Part shown: positions 26,964 to 35,250 of the stretch, piece after piece
Position numbering within the stretch: the stretch's first letter is position 1
Layout of the letters: every line of letters begins with the position of its first letter
NCBI GenBank assembly: GCA_013791675.1
Contig: VMTI01000114.1
Coordinates: 1 to 35,621 of the forward strand
Length of the DNA: 35,621 nucleotides
DNA from: a bacterium
GTDB taxonomy: Bacteria; CG03
Direction of reading: 5' to 3'
The notes under the pieces: generated by a model
Told to the model about the DNA's origin: nothing
What the model saw: only the letters and a program-made list of their open reading frames with translations
Database searches by the model: none
Made by a program: the position numbers and the translations under genes

Positions 26964-27270
26964 AGGACAGAGCCAAAAAAGAGGGCAAATCGTACCCCAA
27001 CGAACTCCCCGAAGCAGCGGCCGGCGCACCGAAGGGAAAAAGAAAGGCGAGCGAAAGCCGAAAGGCGGGAGCCGGGCGGGAGCCAGCAGTAAACAGCGAG
27101 AACAATAGAGATAGAATAAATAAAGAGACAACAACAACAACAAAGAGAAAGAACAGAACAAAGAGAACAGAACAGAACAGAACTAAGAACAGAACAACGC
27201 ACGCACGCGAAACAAGACGCGCGAAAGACAAGGGGGGCAAGGCTCGGGACAAAGGCTCGAACAAACCCGA

Positions 27271-27302
27271 CTGGACAAGAGGGCAAAAGCAACACATAAT
27301 AC
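27271..27302 (+). promoter_or_regulatory. phage-specific promoter motif, copy P2 (early genes)
   Basis: CTGGACA-AGAGGGCAAAAGCAACA-CATAAT-AC, ~70 bp upstream of the first early ORF. Confidence 0.8.
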
Positions 27303-27374
27303 AACAGCAGCGGACGACAGGACGCCGGAAAGAACGAAGCCGAGCGGACAGAAGCGGACGAAAGAGAGGACAAA

Positions 27375-28445
27375 ATGGAAGACAGAAGCGGAACAAAGAC
27401 AAAAAGCGAAATCAAATGGCTGGAAGAAGCGAAACACAACCGCTACCTAAGCCTGGCGGGAGAAGGGAGACTGCACACGCTGAAGTGGAACGAGGCACGG
27501 AAGGAAGGAGACCGCCGGAAGGCGGAAAGCGAGGAAGAAATGATAAACCACGAAACAGACAAAGCGGCGGCGCGCAACACCATCAAAGTCGGCGACACCG
27601 TAACCGTAGACCCACAGCTGACCACAGACCCCTACAACCGCAGAGGACAGAGCGGAACGGTAACGCAACTGATGGGCGACAAGGCCACGGTCACCTACGA
27701 GAAACCGCACGAGGCCTGCAACGGATACCGCACCAGGGCAGGCTACTACCACACAGACGCCCTGATAAAGCAGGAGCCGGAAGACGAAGGACTGCCGACA
27801 CCGGAGCAGGACGCGCAAATCGCCAAAGAGCGGAAAGCATACGAAGACACGGAGCGCGAGCCGGAGAGAACCAGAAAAGAACATCTCATCCACCAGTACA
27901 ACCACGGCGCAATCACGACAGCGGAGCAGAAGGAGCTGGACGCACTGGAAGCGAGGGAAAGAATGGACAAGAATTTCAAAGAGCCGGAGGACACGTTCAA
28001 CGGCAGGCTGAACAAACACGCAAAACCGAGCGACACACAGACAGAGCGGGTAAAAGCAGCCTACGAAACAGGGCTGGAACACGGCAGGGAAATCGCGGAG
28101 GAGGAAGCGGAAGAACAGCGCGACAACGCCACGATAGCCGGATACGAACAGGGCTACGAGGCAGGGCGCAAAAGAAGCGCGATCCGCGGAAACAAAGCGG
28201 AAGACGGAGCGGAGCAAGAAGCAGACGGCCTGATAGGAAAGGGAATCACCATCACCGGCCTGGACGAGCTGGGCTGGTGCGAAATCTGGTGGGCAATAGA
28301 CGCGGCCGTAATCAGCAGACTGGGCACAATGAAGACAGCAACGCACCAGGACGAAGTGGACTGGGCGACAAACGCCGTGAAGCAACTGCAGAACGCCAAA
28401 AAGCAGATAGGGAAAATAGCACATCCGATAGGGGCAGAGGACTAA
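27375..28445 (+). CDS. early protein, charged, with a KOW/SH3-like segment
   Basis: GAGAGGA RBS; IKVGDTVTV...GQSGTVTQL.GDKATVTY resembles a KOW/SH3 barrel; synonymous T avoided. Confidence 0.7.
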   Translation: MEDRSGTKTKSEIKWLEEAKHNRYLSLAGEGRLHTLKWNEARKEGDRRKAESEEEMINHETDKAAARNTIKVGDTVTVDPQLTTDPYNRRGQSGTVTQLMGDKATVTYEKPHEACNGYRTRAGYYHTDALIKQEPEDEGLPTPEQDAQIAKERKAYEDTEREPERTRKEHLIHQYNHGAITTAEQKELDALEARERMDKNFKEPEDTFNGRLNKHAKPSDTQTERVKAAYETGLEHGREIAEEEAEEQRDNATIAGYEQGYEAGRKRSAIRGNKAEDGAEQEADGLIGKGITITGLDELGWCEIWWAIDAAVISRLGTMKTATHQDEVDWATNAVKQLQNAKKQIGKIAHPIGAED

Positions 28446-28447
28446 AC

Positions 28448-28511
28448 GCCGAAACCCGGGACAGCAACCGGGTCCGCGGGAAACGGTCAATCCGCGCTGA
28501 TGAGGCAGACC
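28448..28511 (+). ncRNA. type II hammerhead ribozyme
   Basis: GCC-GAAA-CCCGG/CCGGG-TC-CGCGG/CCGCG-CTGATGA-GGC: full core; GUC cleavage after 28474; loop I GGTC can pair with 3' tail GACC. Confidence 0.92.
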
Positions 28512-28546
28512 ACAATACCGGCAGCAGGCCGGAAAGAGAGGAAAAG

Positions 28547-28783
28547 ATGAACGCGATCGACGCAAAGACAAAAAAGAAAAGCCGCCCATTCGTGCTGTGG
28601 GCAGACTGGAGAGATGCCAGCTCGCTGATGAGAACCCTGTGCCGGCTGACAAACAAGAGACCCCGGTGCTACAGATACATAAACACCGGAGCAGACGACA
28701 TCGCCGTGATAGTAAGCGACACCCGGCTAACAGAGAAAGAAGCGGACGCCGCATACTCGGCATGGATAAACGGGAAAGGCTAA
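28547..28783 (+). CDS. hypothetical early protein (78 aa)
   Basis: GAGAGG RBS before MNAIDAKTKK; the real part of the long track ORF 27416-28783. Confidence 0.65.
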   Translation: MNAIDAKTKKKSRPFVLWADWRDASSLMRTLCRLTNKRPRCYRYINTGADDIAVIVSDTRLTEKEADAAYSAWINGKG

Positions 28784-28818
28784 ACGAACCGCCGGACACC
28801 GGCAGAGGAGAGGGTAAA

Positions 28819-29139
28819 ATGACACACAAACTAATCATAATCAGCCTGCACGACGCACAAGCGGAATGCACCTGCGGACACTGGCGAATGATAGGAACAG
28901 GGGAGCGGAGCAAGAAAGAGATACGAGCGGAATACAGAAAGCACAAAAAAGGAGAAAGCACAATGGAAACAAACAAGACCGAAGTTTTCAAATCAGCAGT
29001 AGGCGACAGAAAGGGATGGGCATTTTCAGTAGGCAGGAACTTTGTATCGGCGCTCTACAAGACACAAAAGGAGGCCAAGCAAAAACTGAAAGCCTACTTG
29101 GGAACAGGCAAGTTTGACTGGTACGGGACTGCGGAATAA
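28819..29139 (+). CDS. hypothetical early protein with in-frame internal start at 28963
   Basis: GAGGAG RBS before MTHKL (CTCGH motif); second AAGGAG RBS before METNK. Confidence 0.6.
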   Translation: MTHKLIIISLHDAQAECTCGHWRMIGTGERSKKEIRAEYRKHKKGESTMETNKTEVFKSAVGDRKGWAFSVGRNFVSALYKTQKEAKQKLKAYLGTGKFDWYGTAE

Positions 29140-29155
29140 AAAGGAGGAAAGCAAA

Positions 29156-29404
29156 ATGAAGCAATGGAAAATCAACGTGTTCAAGGACTGCATCGTGGAA
29201 ACGGACGGAGAGAAAACGCGGATAGTATGCGAGCGCCCTAATTACAGAGGGTCGGAGGAAAACTTCGAGAAGGACGGAGCGCTCATCGCGGCCGCGCCGG
29301 AACTGCTTGATGCGTGTAAAATGGCAGTAAAAAAACACGGCGAATTTGATTATCTTATGAAGGCAATCGCAAAAACGGAAGGGGGCGAGGATGATTATCA
29401 TTAA
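29156..29404 (+). CDS. hypothetical phage protein (LIAAAPELL motif)
   Basis: AAGGAGG RBS; DGALIAAAPELLDAC motif common in small phage early proteins. Confidence 0.7.
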   Translation: MKQWKINVFKDCIVETDGEKTRIVCERPNYRGSEENFEKDGALIAAAPELLDACKMAVKKHGEFDYLMKAIAKTEGGEDDYH

Positions 29405-29570
29405 AATTGAAACAGAGAACGCAGCATTTGAAGCGCCGGACAAAGACCACGAGGCCGCGCGGATATTGCGGAAGCTCGCGGACAGGTTAGACCGTCACGA
29501 TTGGCCTGTATCGCTTTATGATATAAACGGGAACAATGTTGGAACAGTGGAGGAAAAAGAATATGAATAA
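29391..29570 (+). CDS. 59-aa phage protein
   Basis: MIIIKIETENAAFE...EAARILRKLADRL...DINGNNVG; missing from the ORF track; overlaps both neighbours. Confidence 0.7.
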   Translation: MIIIKIETENAAFEAPDKDHEAARILRKLADRLDRHDWPVSLYDINGNNVGTVEEKEYE

Positions 29571-29904
29571 TGAACTCAAATGCACAGACGAAATAGTCAA
29601 CGGAAGGCAGGCGCTGAAGCGGCATGACGGCCTGGTGGTATTCCCGGACGCTAACGACCCGGAATTGGACGCAATCCGCAAGAGCGCGCCAAAGAAGGCA
29701 GTCATACAAGCCGTGGCGATCCGCAGGGCACAACAGATAGCGCATAACTACGCGGAGAAATACGCGCCGGAACTCCTGCCGTATTTCAAGATAACCCCGC
29801 TGATAAACAACCGGCGCATGCGGAGATATTTGACAAGCGGAGCGCGATTGAAGCGCGAAAAACTGGACAAACGGGAAAATCTAACACATAATAGGGTGCA
29901 ATGA
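29563..29904 (+). CDS. hypothetical protein
   Basis: GGAGG RBS before MNNELK. Confidence 0.6.
   Translation: MNNELKCTDEIVNGRQALKRHDGLVVFPDANDPELDAIRKSAPKKAVIQAVAIRRAQQIAHNYAEKYAPELLPYFKITPLINNRRMRRYLTSGARLKREKLDKRENLTHNRVQ
29863..29894 (+). promoter_or_regulatory. phage-specific promoter motif, copy P3 (recombination/replication genes)
   Basis: CTGGACA-AACGGGAAAATCTAACA-CATAAT-AG. Confidence 0.8.
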
Positions 29905-30040
29905 AACAAATTGATAGCAGCGGACATCGGAAAGCAACAACCGGCAACGAACAAATTTTAACGTCCGGCTCGACCCAACGGAGGACATCATCACGTCCGC
30001 TGCACCCGCGGGCGGCCGGACTAAAAAAGGACAAAATACA

Positions 30041-30313
30041 ATGAAAGAAGAAAAGCCGATACAGGAAAAAATAGTTTACGACATCATGTCCATAATCTGC
30101 CCCGCGCGAACAGAGCTGATAAAGATAGCGGCCATGAGGCGCGGCGTATCATGCGCGGACAGACACATGAGGTTTCTGTCAGACCGGGGAATCGTAATAA
30201 ACGTTAAAAAAGCGAAGAGCGACGACAGCACGGACACATGGGAAGTTGTCGCGCCGTACACGCCCAAGAAGATCGGCCCGAAATATCAGGCGGACTTGGG
30301 ATTGGTATTATAA
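30041..30313 (+). CDS. hypothetical, possibly winged-helix DNA-binding protein
   Basis: AAGGA RBS; ADRHMRFLSDRGIV helix followed by a beta hairpin. Confidence 0.5.
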   Translation: MKEEKPIQEKIVYDIMSIICPARTELIKIAAMRRGVSCADRHMRFLSDRGIVINVKKAKSDDSTDTWEVVAPYTPKKIGPKYQADLGLVL

Positions 30314-30324
30314 GGAGCGCCAAA

Positions 30325-30525
30325 ATGACCAAACCGATAACCCACTGCGGAGAAATAGCAGACGCAATCAAGAAGATATTCCCGGACATCGTAGAATTCC
30401 ACCAGCTTCGGGAGAGCATACTCATGCGGATAAAGCACAGCGACGGCAAGAAATACACGATAACGATACACCCGGAGCAGAGGATAAGCGCAGCAACCAA
30501 AAAGGAAAGAGGGGTAAATGAATAA
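30325..30525 (+). CDS. hypothetical protein
   Basis: AAGGAG RBS before MTKPITHC. Confidence 0.55.
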   Translation: MTKPITHCGEIADAIKKIFPDIVEFHQLRESILMRIKHSDGKKYTITIHPEQRISAATKKERGVNE

Positions 30526-31336
30526 GCTTTCAACGGAACTCGATAAGCGCTCCCTCGGCATGAGTGGCATAAATATGCTCTTTAAGTGCGGCGAGCAATT
30601 CCGTCGCCGTTACATTATGAACGAAATCGTCCCGCCCGGCATAGCCCTCATTATAGGAAGCAGCACCCACAAAAGCATAGAAGTCGACCTCACCGAAAAG
30701 AAAGACACAGGCAAGCTGGCACCCGGCGACCTGCTGGCAGAAATAGCGTCCGAGCAGATAAAAGGCGCATGGGATAAGGGCGTGATATTGAACGATGACG
30801 AAAAGCTGGCCGGCAAGCGGGCAACACGAAACGACGCCATAAACACAGCCATAGCCATGTCAAACCTTCATCACGAAATCGTGGCCCCAACCATAGAGCC
30901 AATAAACTTAGAGGACTATTTCAGCTTCGACATCAGCGGAACGAACTGGAAGCTGGCGGGCACATCCGACATCGAGGAAAAGGTGGCAGGCGGTATCGGA
31001 CTGCGGGACACGAAGACAGCAGGGAAATCCCCGGGGAAGACAGACGCGGACGACAGCCGGCAGCTCACAATGTATTCGCTCAAAGTATTAAAGCAAACGG
31101 GATCCCTGCCGAAGCACATACAGCAGGATTACCTCATCAAAAACAAAACACCGAAATATGTTTCACAGGAAACAGAGCGCACAGCGGGCGACATCAAAAC
31201 CCTGCTGGTATGCGTGGCGCAGGCGATAAAAGTGATAGAATCAGGGATATTCACGCCATGCAGCACATCAGCATGGTGGTGTGCCCCGGCATATTGCGGA
31301 TACTTTGGCACGTGTAAATATAGGAGGAGAGGATAA
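30518..31336 (+). CDS. PD-(D/E)XK exonuclease, Cas4/RecB-like
   Basis: N-terminal Cys, GSSTH, LAGTSD..LRDTKT, QLTMY, C-terminal C..YCGY..TC cluster. Confidence 0.85.
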   Translation: MNKLSTELDKRSLGMSGINMLFKCGEQFRRRYIMNEIVPPGIALIIGSSTHKSIEVDLTEKKDTGKLAPGDLLAEIASEQIKGAWDKGVILNDDEKLAGKRATRNDAINTAIAMSNLHHEIVAPTIEPINLEDYFSFDISGTNWKLAGTSDIEEKVAGGIGLRDTKTAGKSPGKTDADDSRQLTMYSLKVLKQTGSLPKHIQQDYLIKNKTPKYVSQETERTAGDIKTLLVCVAQAIKVIESGIFTPCSTSAWWCAPAYCGYFGTCKYRRRG

Positions 31337-31677
31337 TGGTAACAATAAAAACAACGCCGAAAATAGGAAAAGAAATGCTTGCACTTTCAGATAAGTTTAG
31401 AAAAAATAGGGCACGGTTGATGAATGCCGAATACACAAGAATAACTAAAGAAGTTTGGGAAGATTGGTCTGTTTCATATAACCATATAGGCAGAAGAATA
31501 AGCTCCCTGAAAGGATTACAGCGGGCAGTAGAACAACGCCGAGCCGTGGTCGTTCCGAAGTGGAGCGGATTTAGAAAGCCAAACCCGGCGGCATGGATGA
31601 TAAACCTAAACGGTGCGATATTGGTGAGATTGTTCGACAGCGGAATGTATATTTACAGGACTATAAAATGGGAATAA
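31336..31677 (+). CDS. hypothetical protein
   Basis: AGGAG RBS; coupled to the upstream stop. Confidence 0.55.
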   Translation: MVTIKTTPKIGKEMLALSDKFRKNRARLMNAEYTRITKEVWEDWSVSYNHIGRRISSLKGLQRAVEQRRAVVVPKWSGFRKPNPAAWMINLNGAILVRLFDSGMYIYRTIKWE

Positions 31678-31889
31678 TTAAAAACTACCTCGCCCGCCGG
31701 AAAGCGAAAAAGCTCAAAGCAGAGCAGGTGGCGAAATTTGAGGCAGATTTTATCGCGCACATCATAGCCGAGCGAAAGCTGATACTGTCGAAGCAAAGCG
31801 AATTCAGCGCAATGGACAGACAGCTTGTGCTCGACACTTATGATAGGCTGAAGCTGAAGGGTAAAGTAAAGGAGGAAAAAGGGCAATGA
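31668..31889 (+). CDS. hypothetical protein
   Basis: AGGA before MGIIKNY; overlaps neighbours. Confidence 0.55.
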   Translation: MGIIKNYLARRKAKKLKAEQVAKFEADFIAHIIAERKLILSKQSEFSAMDRQLVLDTYDRLKLKGKVKEEKGQ

Positions 31890-32239
31890 AAAAGACAAAA
31901 GATGATTTGGTGAGAGAGAAGGAGGCGGACAGGGCAGAAATTGTCCAATTGAAAGAGATGATCCTTACCACAGCCGAAAGGGATTTGAGGTTTCGCAAAG
32001 AATTCTCAAAGGTGTTGGACGGCTATATGGAAAGAGTAGAATATGGAATGATGTCCACCCGAATCCCCGAACCGCTCAACTGGGAAGGCATATTTTTCAG
32101 GGTTGGTGAACTTCACTCCGACGCAGGCAAGAACAAGCTCATCAAAACCAACAATGCGTTGCGCGAGAAGCTGGCGGAAGCAGAAAGAGAACTGGATGAG
32201 ATAAACAGGAACAGAACACAGGAGGTAATCAGAAGATGA
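31886..32239 (+). CDS. hypothetical coiled-coil protein
   Basis: AAGGAGG RBS; ATGA overlaps. Confidence 0.65.
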   Translation: MKKTKDDLVREKEADRAEIVQLKEMILTTAERDLRFRKEFSKVLDGYMERVEYGMMSTRIPEPLNWEGIFFRVGELHSDAGKNKLIKTNNALREKLAEAERELDEINRNRTQEVIRR

Positions 32240-32652
32240 GCAGAGAAACGACTGACACAAGGGGTTCGAATTATCTCGAACCAGGAATTCACGTAAAGCT
32301 GACCATTGACCACGTGGAGAAAGGGCACACGACGGGGAATCATCCGTATTACACTTTCTACTTCGACACACCCACGGGTGGCAAATGGAACAAAAGGTTT
32401 ATGGTGTGGCTGTGCCCGCCTATCCTTAAGGCGCTCGGGTGCAAGGAGACAAAGCCCGGAGTATTTGACTGGGACACAGACGAAGTGGAAGGAAGGGCAA
32501 TCGAGGCTGATAGCGTGATTGAAACAGTAAAAGGCAAGGAATACACGACAATCATCAACATCGAGCCCGCGACAGCCGACAGAGAAGCCGGAGATGATGA
32601 CGAATTCGGCGCGGGCCCAGCTGATCCGCCGGAATTTGACACGCCCGTATAG
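32236..32652 (+). CDS. putative phage single-stranded DNA-binding protein (DUF669-like OB fold)
   Basis: YLEPG.H...I..VE...GNHPY, GKEYTTI, acidic tail DDDEF...PEFDTPV; lies among recombination genes. Confidence 0.6.
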   Translation: MSRETTDTRGSNYLEPGIHVKLTIDHVEKGHTTGNHPYYTFYFDTPTGGKWNKRFMVWLCPPILKALGCKETKPGVFDWDTDEVEGRAIEADSVIETVKGKEYTTIINIEPATADREAGDDDEFGAGPADPPEFDTPV

Positions 32653-32670
32653 GGCAAAGGAGAAGAAAAA

Positions 32671-33087
32671 ATGATGTTCGTAACTGAAAGGAAACTGAGG
32701 AAAGTAATCGAGGAGACGCTCGGCGTCGAGGGCAGTGGCGAGAAGAAAGTTCTTGGGCTGAAGAAAGAAATCGATGAGAGGGAAAAGCAGATCACATCAC
32801 TGAAAAAAGACATCGGCGAACTGGAGCTTAAGAAAGGGCTCGAGGAAAAGGAAATCAAGCACCTCGTCAAAATGAGAGAGGAACAGCAGAACATTGAGGC
32901 GACGAAGAAGGAACTTGAAATGCAGAGGAAGTATCAGGAAAAAGAAATGGCCATGCAGACAAGGTTTCATAACGACACCATCTCTCTGCTGAAAGAGGGG
33001 CACGATAAGTTGCAGGAGGTCTACGGCAAAATCATGGAGAGATTGCCCAACGTCAACATGCACATTAAGAGGAACGAAGAGGTATGA
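32671..33087 (+). CDS. coiled-coil protein
   Basis: E/K-rich heptads; AAGGAG RBS. Confidence 0.65.
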   Translation: MMFVTERKLRKVIEETLGVEGSGEKKVLGLKKEIDEREKQITSLKKDIGELELKKGLEEKEIKHLVKMREEQQNIEATKKELEMQRKYQEKEMAMQTRFHNDTISLLKEGHDKLQEVYGKIMERLPNVNMHIKRNEEV

Positions 33088-33431
33088 GAGATATATTCCC
33101 CGGCGTGCTCGGACAGGCTGGACTCAATGTCTGGAAGAATCCGCTCACAAGAATGATGGAATTGGAAATCCCGGGGAGAAGGGTAGCTGTGTCCGAGACC
33201 GACCTGCACCGTTACAGCATGCAGGGAGCATGGGCAGAACAGGCAGTGGCGCTACCACCGTCGTTTGATGGTGCGTACAGTCAAGAGATATTGTCACGAA
33301 TGATGATGGAGATGACCGGTGTGCCGAGCGATTATGTCGGACGGAGTAAAAGCGTAGAGCCTATAAATACGCTCGAAAAACTGCGGAGAGATTTTGAAAA
33401 CTGGTGCGGAAATGTATTGAACGAAGAATGA
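33084..33431 (+). CDS. hypothetical protein
   Basis: ATGA overlap; GAGG RBS. Confidence 0.55.
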   Translation: MRDIFPGVLGQAGLNVWKNPLTRMMELEIPGRRVAVSETDLHRYSMQGAWAEQAVALPPSFDGAYSQEILSRMMMEMTGVPSDYVGRSKSVEPINTLEKLRRDFENWCGNVLNEE

Positions 33432-33463
33432 AATCCCCGAAATGGGGAAAGGAGTAAAGTAAA

Positions 33464-34219
33464 ATGGCCGAAGTAAAACAGGAACTGACAAAGAAAGACC
33501 AGGCAAGCGCTCTGGTTGACTGGATGAAACCCGCAATGGCGACCGCCCTGCCCCGGCACCTGAACGCCGACCGCATGGTGCGAATCGTGCTCACAGAGAT
33601 GAGGCGCAACCCCAAACTGGTGACCTGCACAAAGCAGAGCCTGGCCGGATCCGTGATCATGGCCTCACAGCTTGGCCTCGAACCCGGAGTAAACGGGCAG
33701 TGCTGGCTCGTGCCCTACGGCAACGAAGCAACATTCATCATCGGGTATCAGGGGCTCATCGAGCTGGCCTACCGCAGCAACATGGTGGAATTCGTAATAG
33801 GAGAAGCCGTGTACGAAAATGACGAATTCACTTACTCGCTCGGCACAGAGCAGTTTATCAAGCACGTGCCGGCAGAGGCCGACCGCGGGAAGCTCAAAGC
33901 GGCCTACGCCGTAGCCAAAATGAAAGGCGCGAGCATGCCCGTATTCAAAGTGCTGACGAAAGAAGATATCCTCAAAGTAAAGGCATCTTCGCCCGCGGCC
34001 AACAGCGCACACAGCCCGTGGAATACGTGGCCGGAAACGATGTGGGTAAAGACAGCCGTCAAAAAGCTGATGAAATTCATCCCGAAATCAGCGGAGATTA
34101 ACAAGGCGTTGGAAGCGGACGACAGGGTGGACGCGGGAAAACCGCAGCCCTTTAGCGACGTCATCGACCTGCCGGAGGAGAAGGAAGGAAAGGGAATCGA
34201 GATAGAGGACGTAAAGTAA
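33464..34219 (+). CDS. recT: RecT single-strand annealing recombinase
   Basis: ALPRHLNADRMVRIVLTE.RRNPKL..C...S, SQLGLEPG, LVPY, IIGYQGLIELAYRS, SPW..WPETMWVKT. Confidence 0.95.
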   Translation: MAEVKQELTKKDQASALVDWMKPAMATALPRHLNADRMVRIVLTEMRRNPKLVTCTKQSLAGSVIMASQLGLEPGVNGQCWLVPYGNEATFIIGYQGLIELAYRSNMVEFVIGEAVYENDEFTYSLGTEQFIKHVPAEADRGKLKAAYAVAKMKGASMPVFKVLTKEDILKVKASSPAANSAHSPWNTWPETMWVKTAVKKLMKFIPKSAEINKALEADDRVDAGKPQPFSDVIDLPEEKEGKGIEIEDVK

Positions 34220-34227
34220 ATGAGCAC

Positions 34228-34294
34228 GCGTGGCGGCACTGTGATCGGTCGACAAAGTGCATTAGGCAGGGTGCAAATCCCTGCCCGCCACGCA
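34228..34294 (+). ncRNA. tRNA-like structured element 1
   Basis: 9-bp GCGTGGCGG/CCGCCACGC stem stacked on a GCAGGG-TGCAAAT-CCCTGC T-arm-like hairpin; intergenic. Confidence 0.55.
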
Positions 34295-34307
34295 TTAAAA
34301 GGAAGAA

Positions 34308-35240
34308 ATGAGAAAAACTAAACCCCGCAAACGATATAGCGACTGCGCTCGCTGGCACACCAAAAAGTGGCGCACCATGCCCACGCACCTCAAAGTGCTG
34401 TGGCAATACATATGGGAGAACGCCAACTGCGCCGGAATATGGGAGCCCGAGCTCGCCCTCATGGGAATTGAGGCCGGTGGCGTACCCATAAACGAAACAG
34501 AAATCAAGAAGGCCTTCGGCGAAGATATCCTCATCCTCCCGCACGGCGAATGGTATATAATAGGATTTATCAAATTCCAATATGGCAAAGAGCTCGAACA
34601 GATGAACCCCAAGAGCATGCTCCACGCCGCAGTCCTGGCGGCCGCAAAGGATAAGGGAATAGGCAGGGGCAGGATAATGGGGCTGATGTCAAATCCGATA
34701 GCGCCGGAAATCCCCGCGCCGATAGTGGCCCCCTTGCCTGACCCCGGGCCGGCGCCGGAAGCCATAGAACCGGTAAAAGACCCTACTTATAAGGAAAAGC
34801 AACCGGAACTCCCAACAATACCCCCGCGCCCAGTCCAAGCGGGCACATATTACGGTACCACAACGAACTTCGAGAGCATATGGGCTAAATACCCCCAGAA
34901 GACAGGGAAACGCGGCGCATGGGCGCATTTCAAGGCACAATGCCGAACCGCCGCAGACTGGGAGGCCATAAACATCGCATTGGCGAATTATTTGAAAAGC
35001 CCGCGGGTGAGAGACGGGTATATACAGGACGGCGAAACATGGTTCAATAACTGGAAGGACTGGGTGGCCGATCCTAACGCCGCGATAGAGAAGAAAAAAC
35101 CGGACGATGATTTTGTGCCGATAACATGCACGACATGCAGCCGGAAATTCGCCGTGCCCAAGGATGTGGCAAAGGCGATAGCGGATGAAGAAAAGGACTT
35201 TGTGTGTAGGGACTGCCGAAAAAGAGAGCGGCCGGAATGA
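34308..35240 (+). CDS. replication initiator / replisome organizer with C-terminal Zn finger
   Basis: LKVLWQYIWENANCAGIW N-domain, Pro-rich linker, FESIWAKYPQKTGK..A....K and YIQDGETWFN..W.D, CxxC...CxxC. Confidence 0.75.
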   Translation: MRKTKPRKRYSDCARWHTKKWRTMPTHLKVLWQYIWENANCAGIWEPELALMGIEAGGVPINETEIKKAFGEDILILPHGEWYIIGFIKFQYGKELEQMNPKSMLHAAVLAAAKDKGIGRGRIMGLMSNPIAPEIPAPIVAPLPDPGPAPEAIEPVKDPTYKEKQPELPTIPPRPVQAGTYYGTTTNFESIWAKYPQKTGKRGAWAHFKAQCRTAADWEAINIALANYLKSPRVRDGYIQDGETWFNNWKDWVADPNAAIEKKKPDDDFVPITCTTCSRKFAVPKDVAKAIADEEKDFVCRDCRKRERPE

Positions 35241-35250
35241 GGAGAAAACA

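Noticed and set aside
27416-28991. Long overlapping ORFs 27416-28783 (+, 455 aa) and 27447-28991 (minus, 514 aa), plus ORFs in 26400-27440
   Set aside because: Shadow ORFs: stop codons on either strand need a T on the + strand, which is depleted here. Products are low-complexity and lack an RBS. Only 28547-28783 is kept.
30518-31336. Cas4-like gene as a sign of CRISPR-Cas
   Set aside because: No repeat-spacer array or other cas genes; solo Cas4-like exonucleases near RecT are ordinary phage recombination genes.
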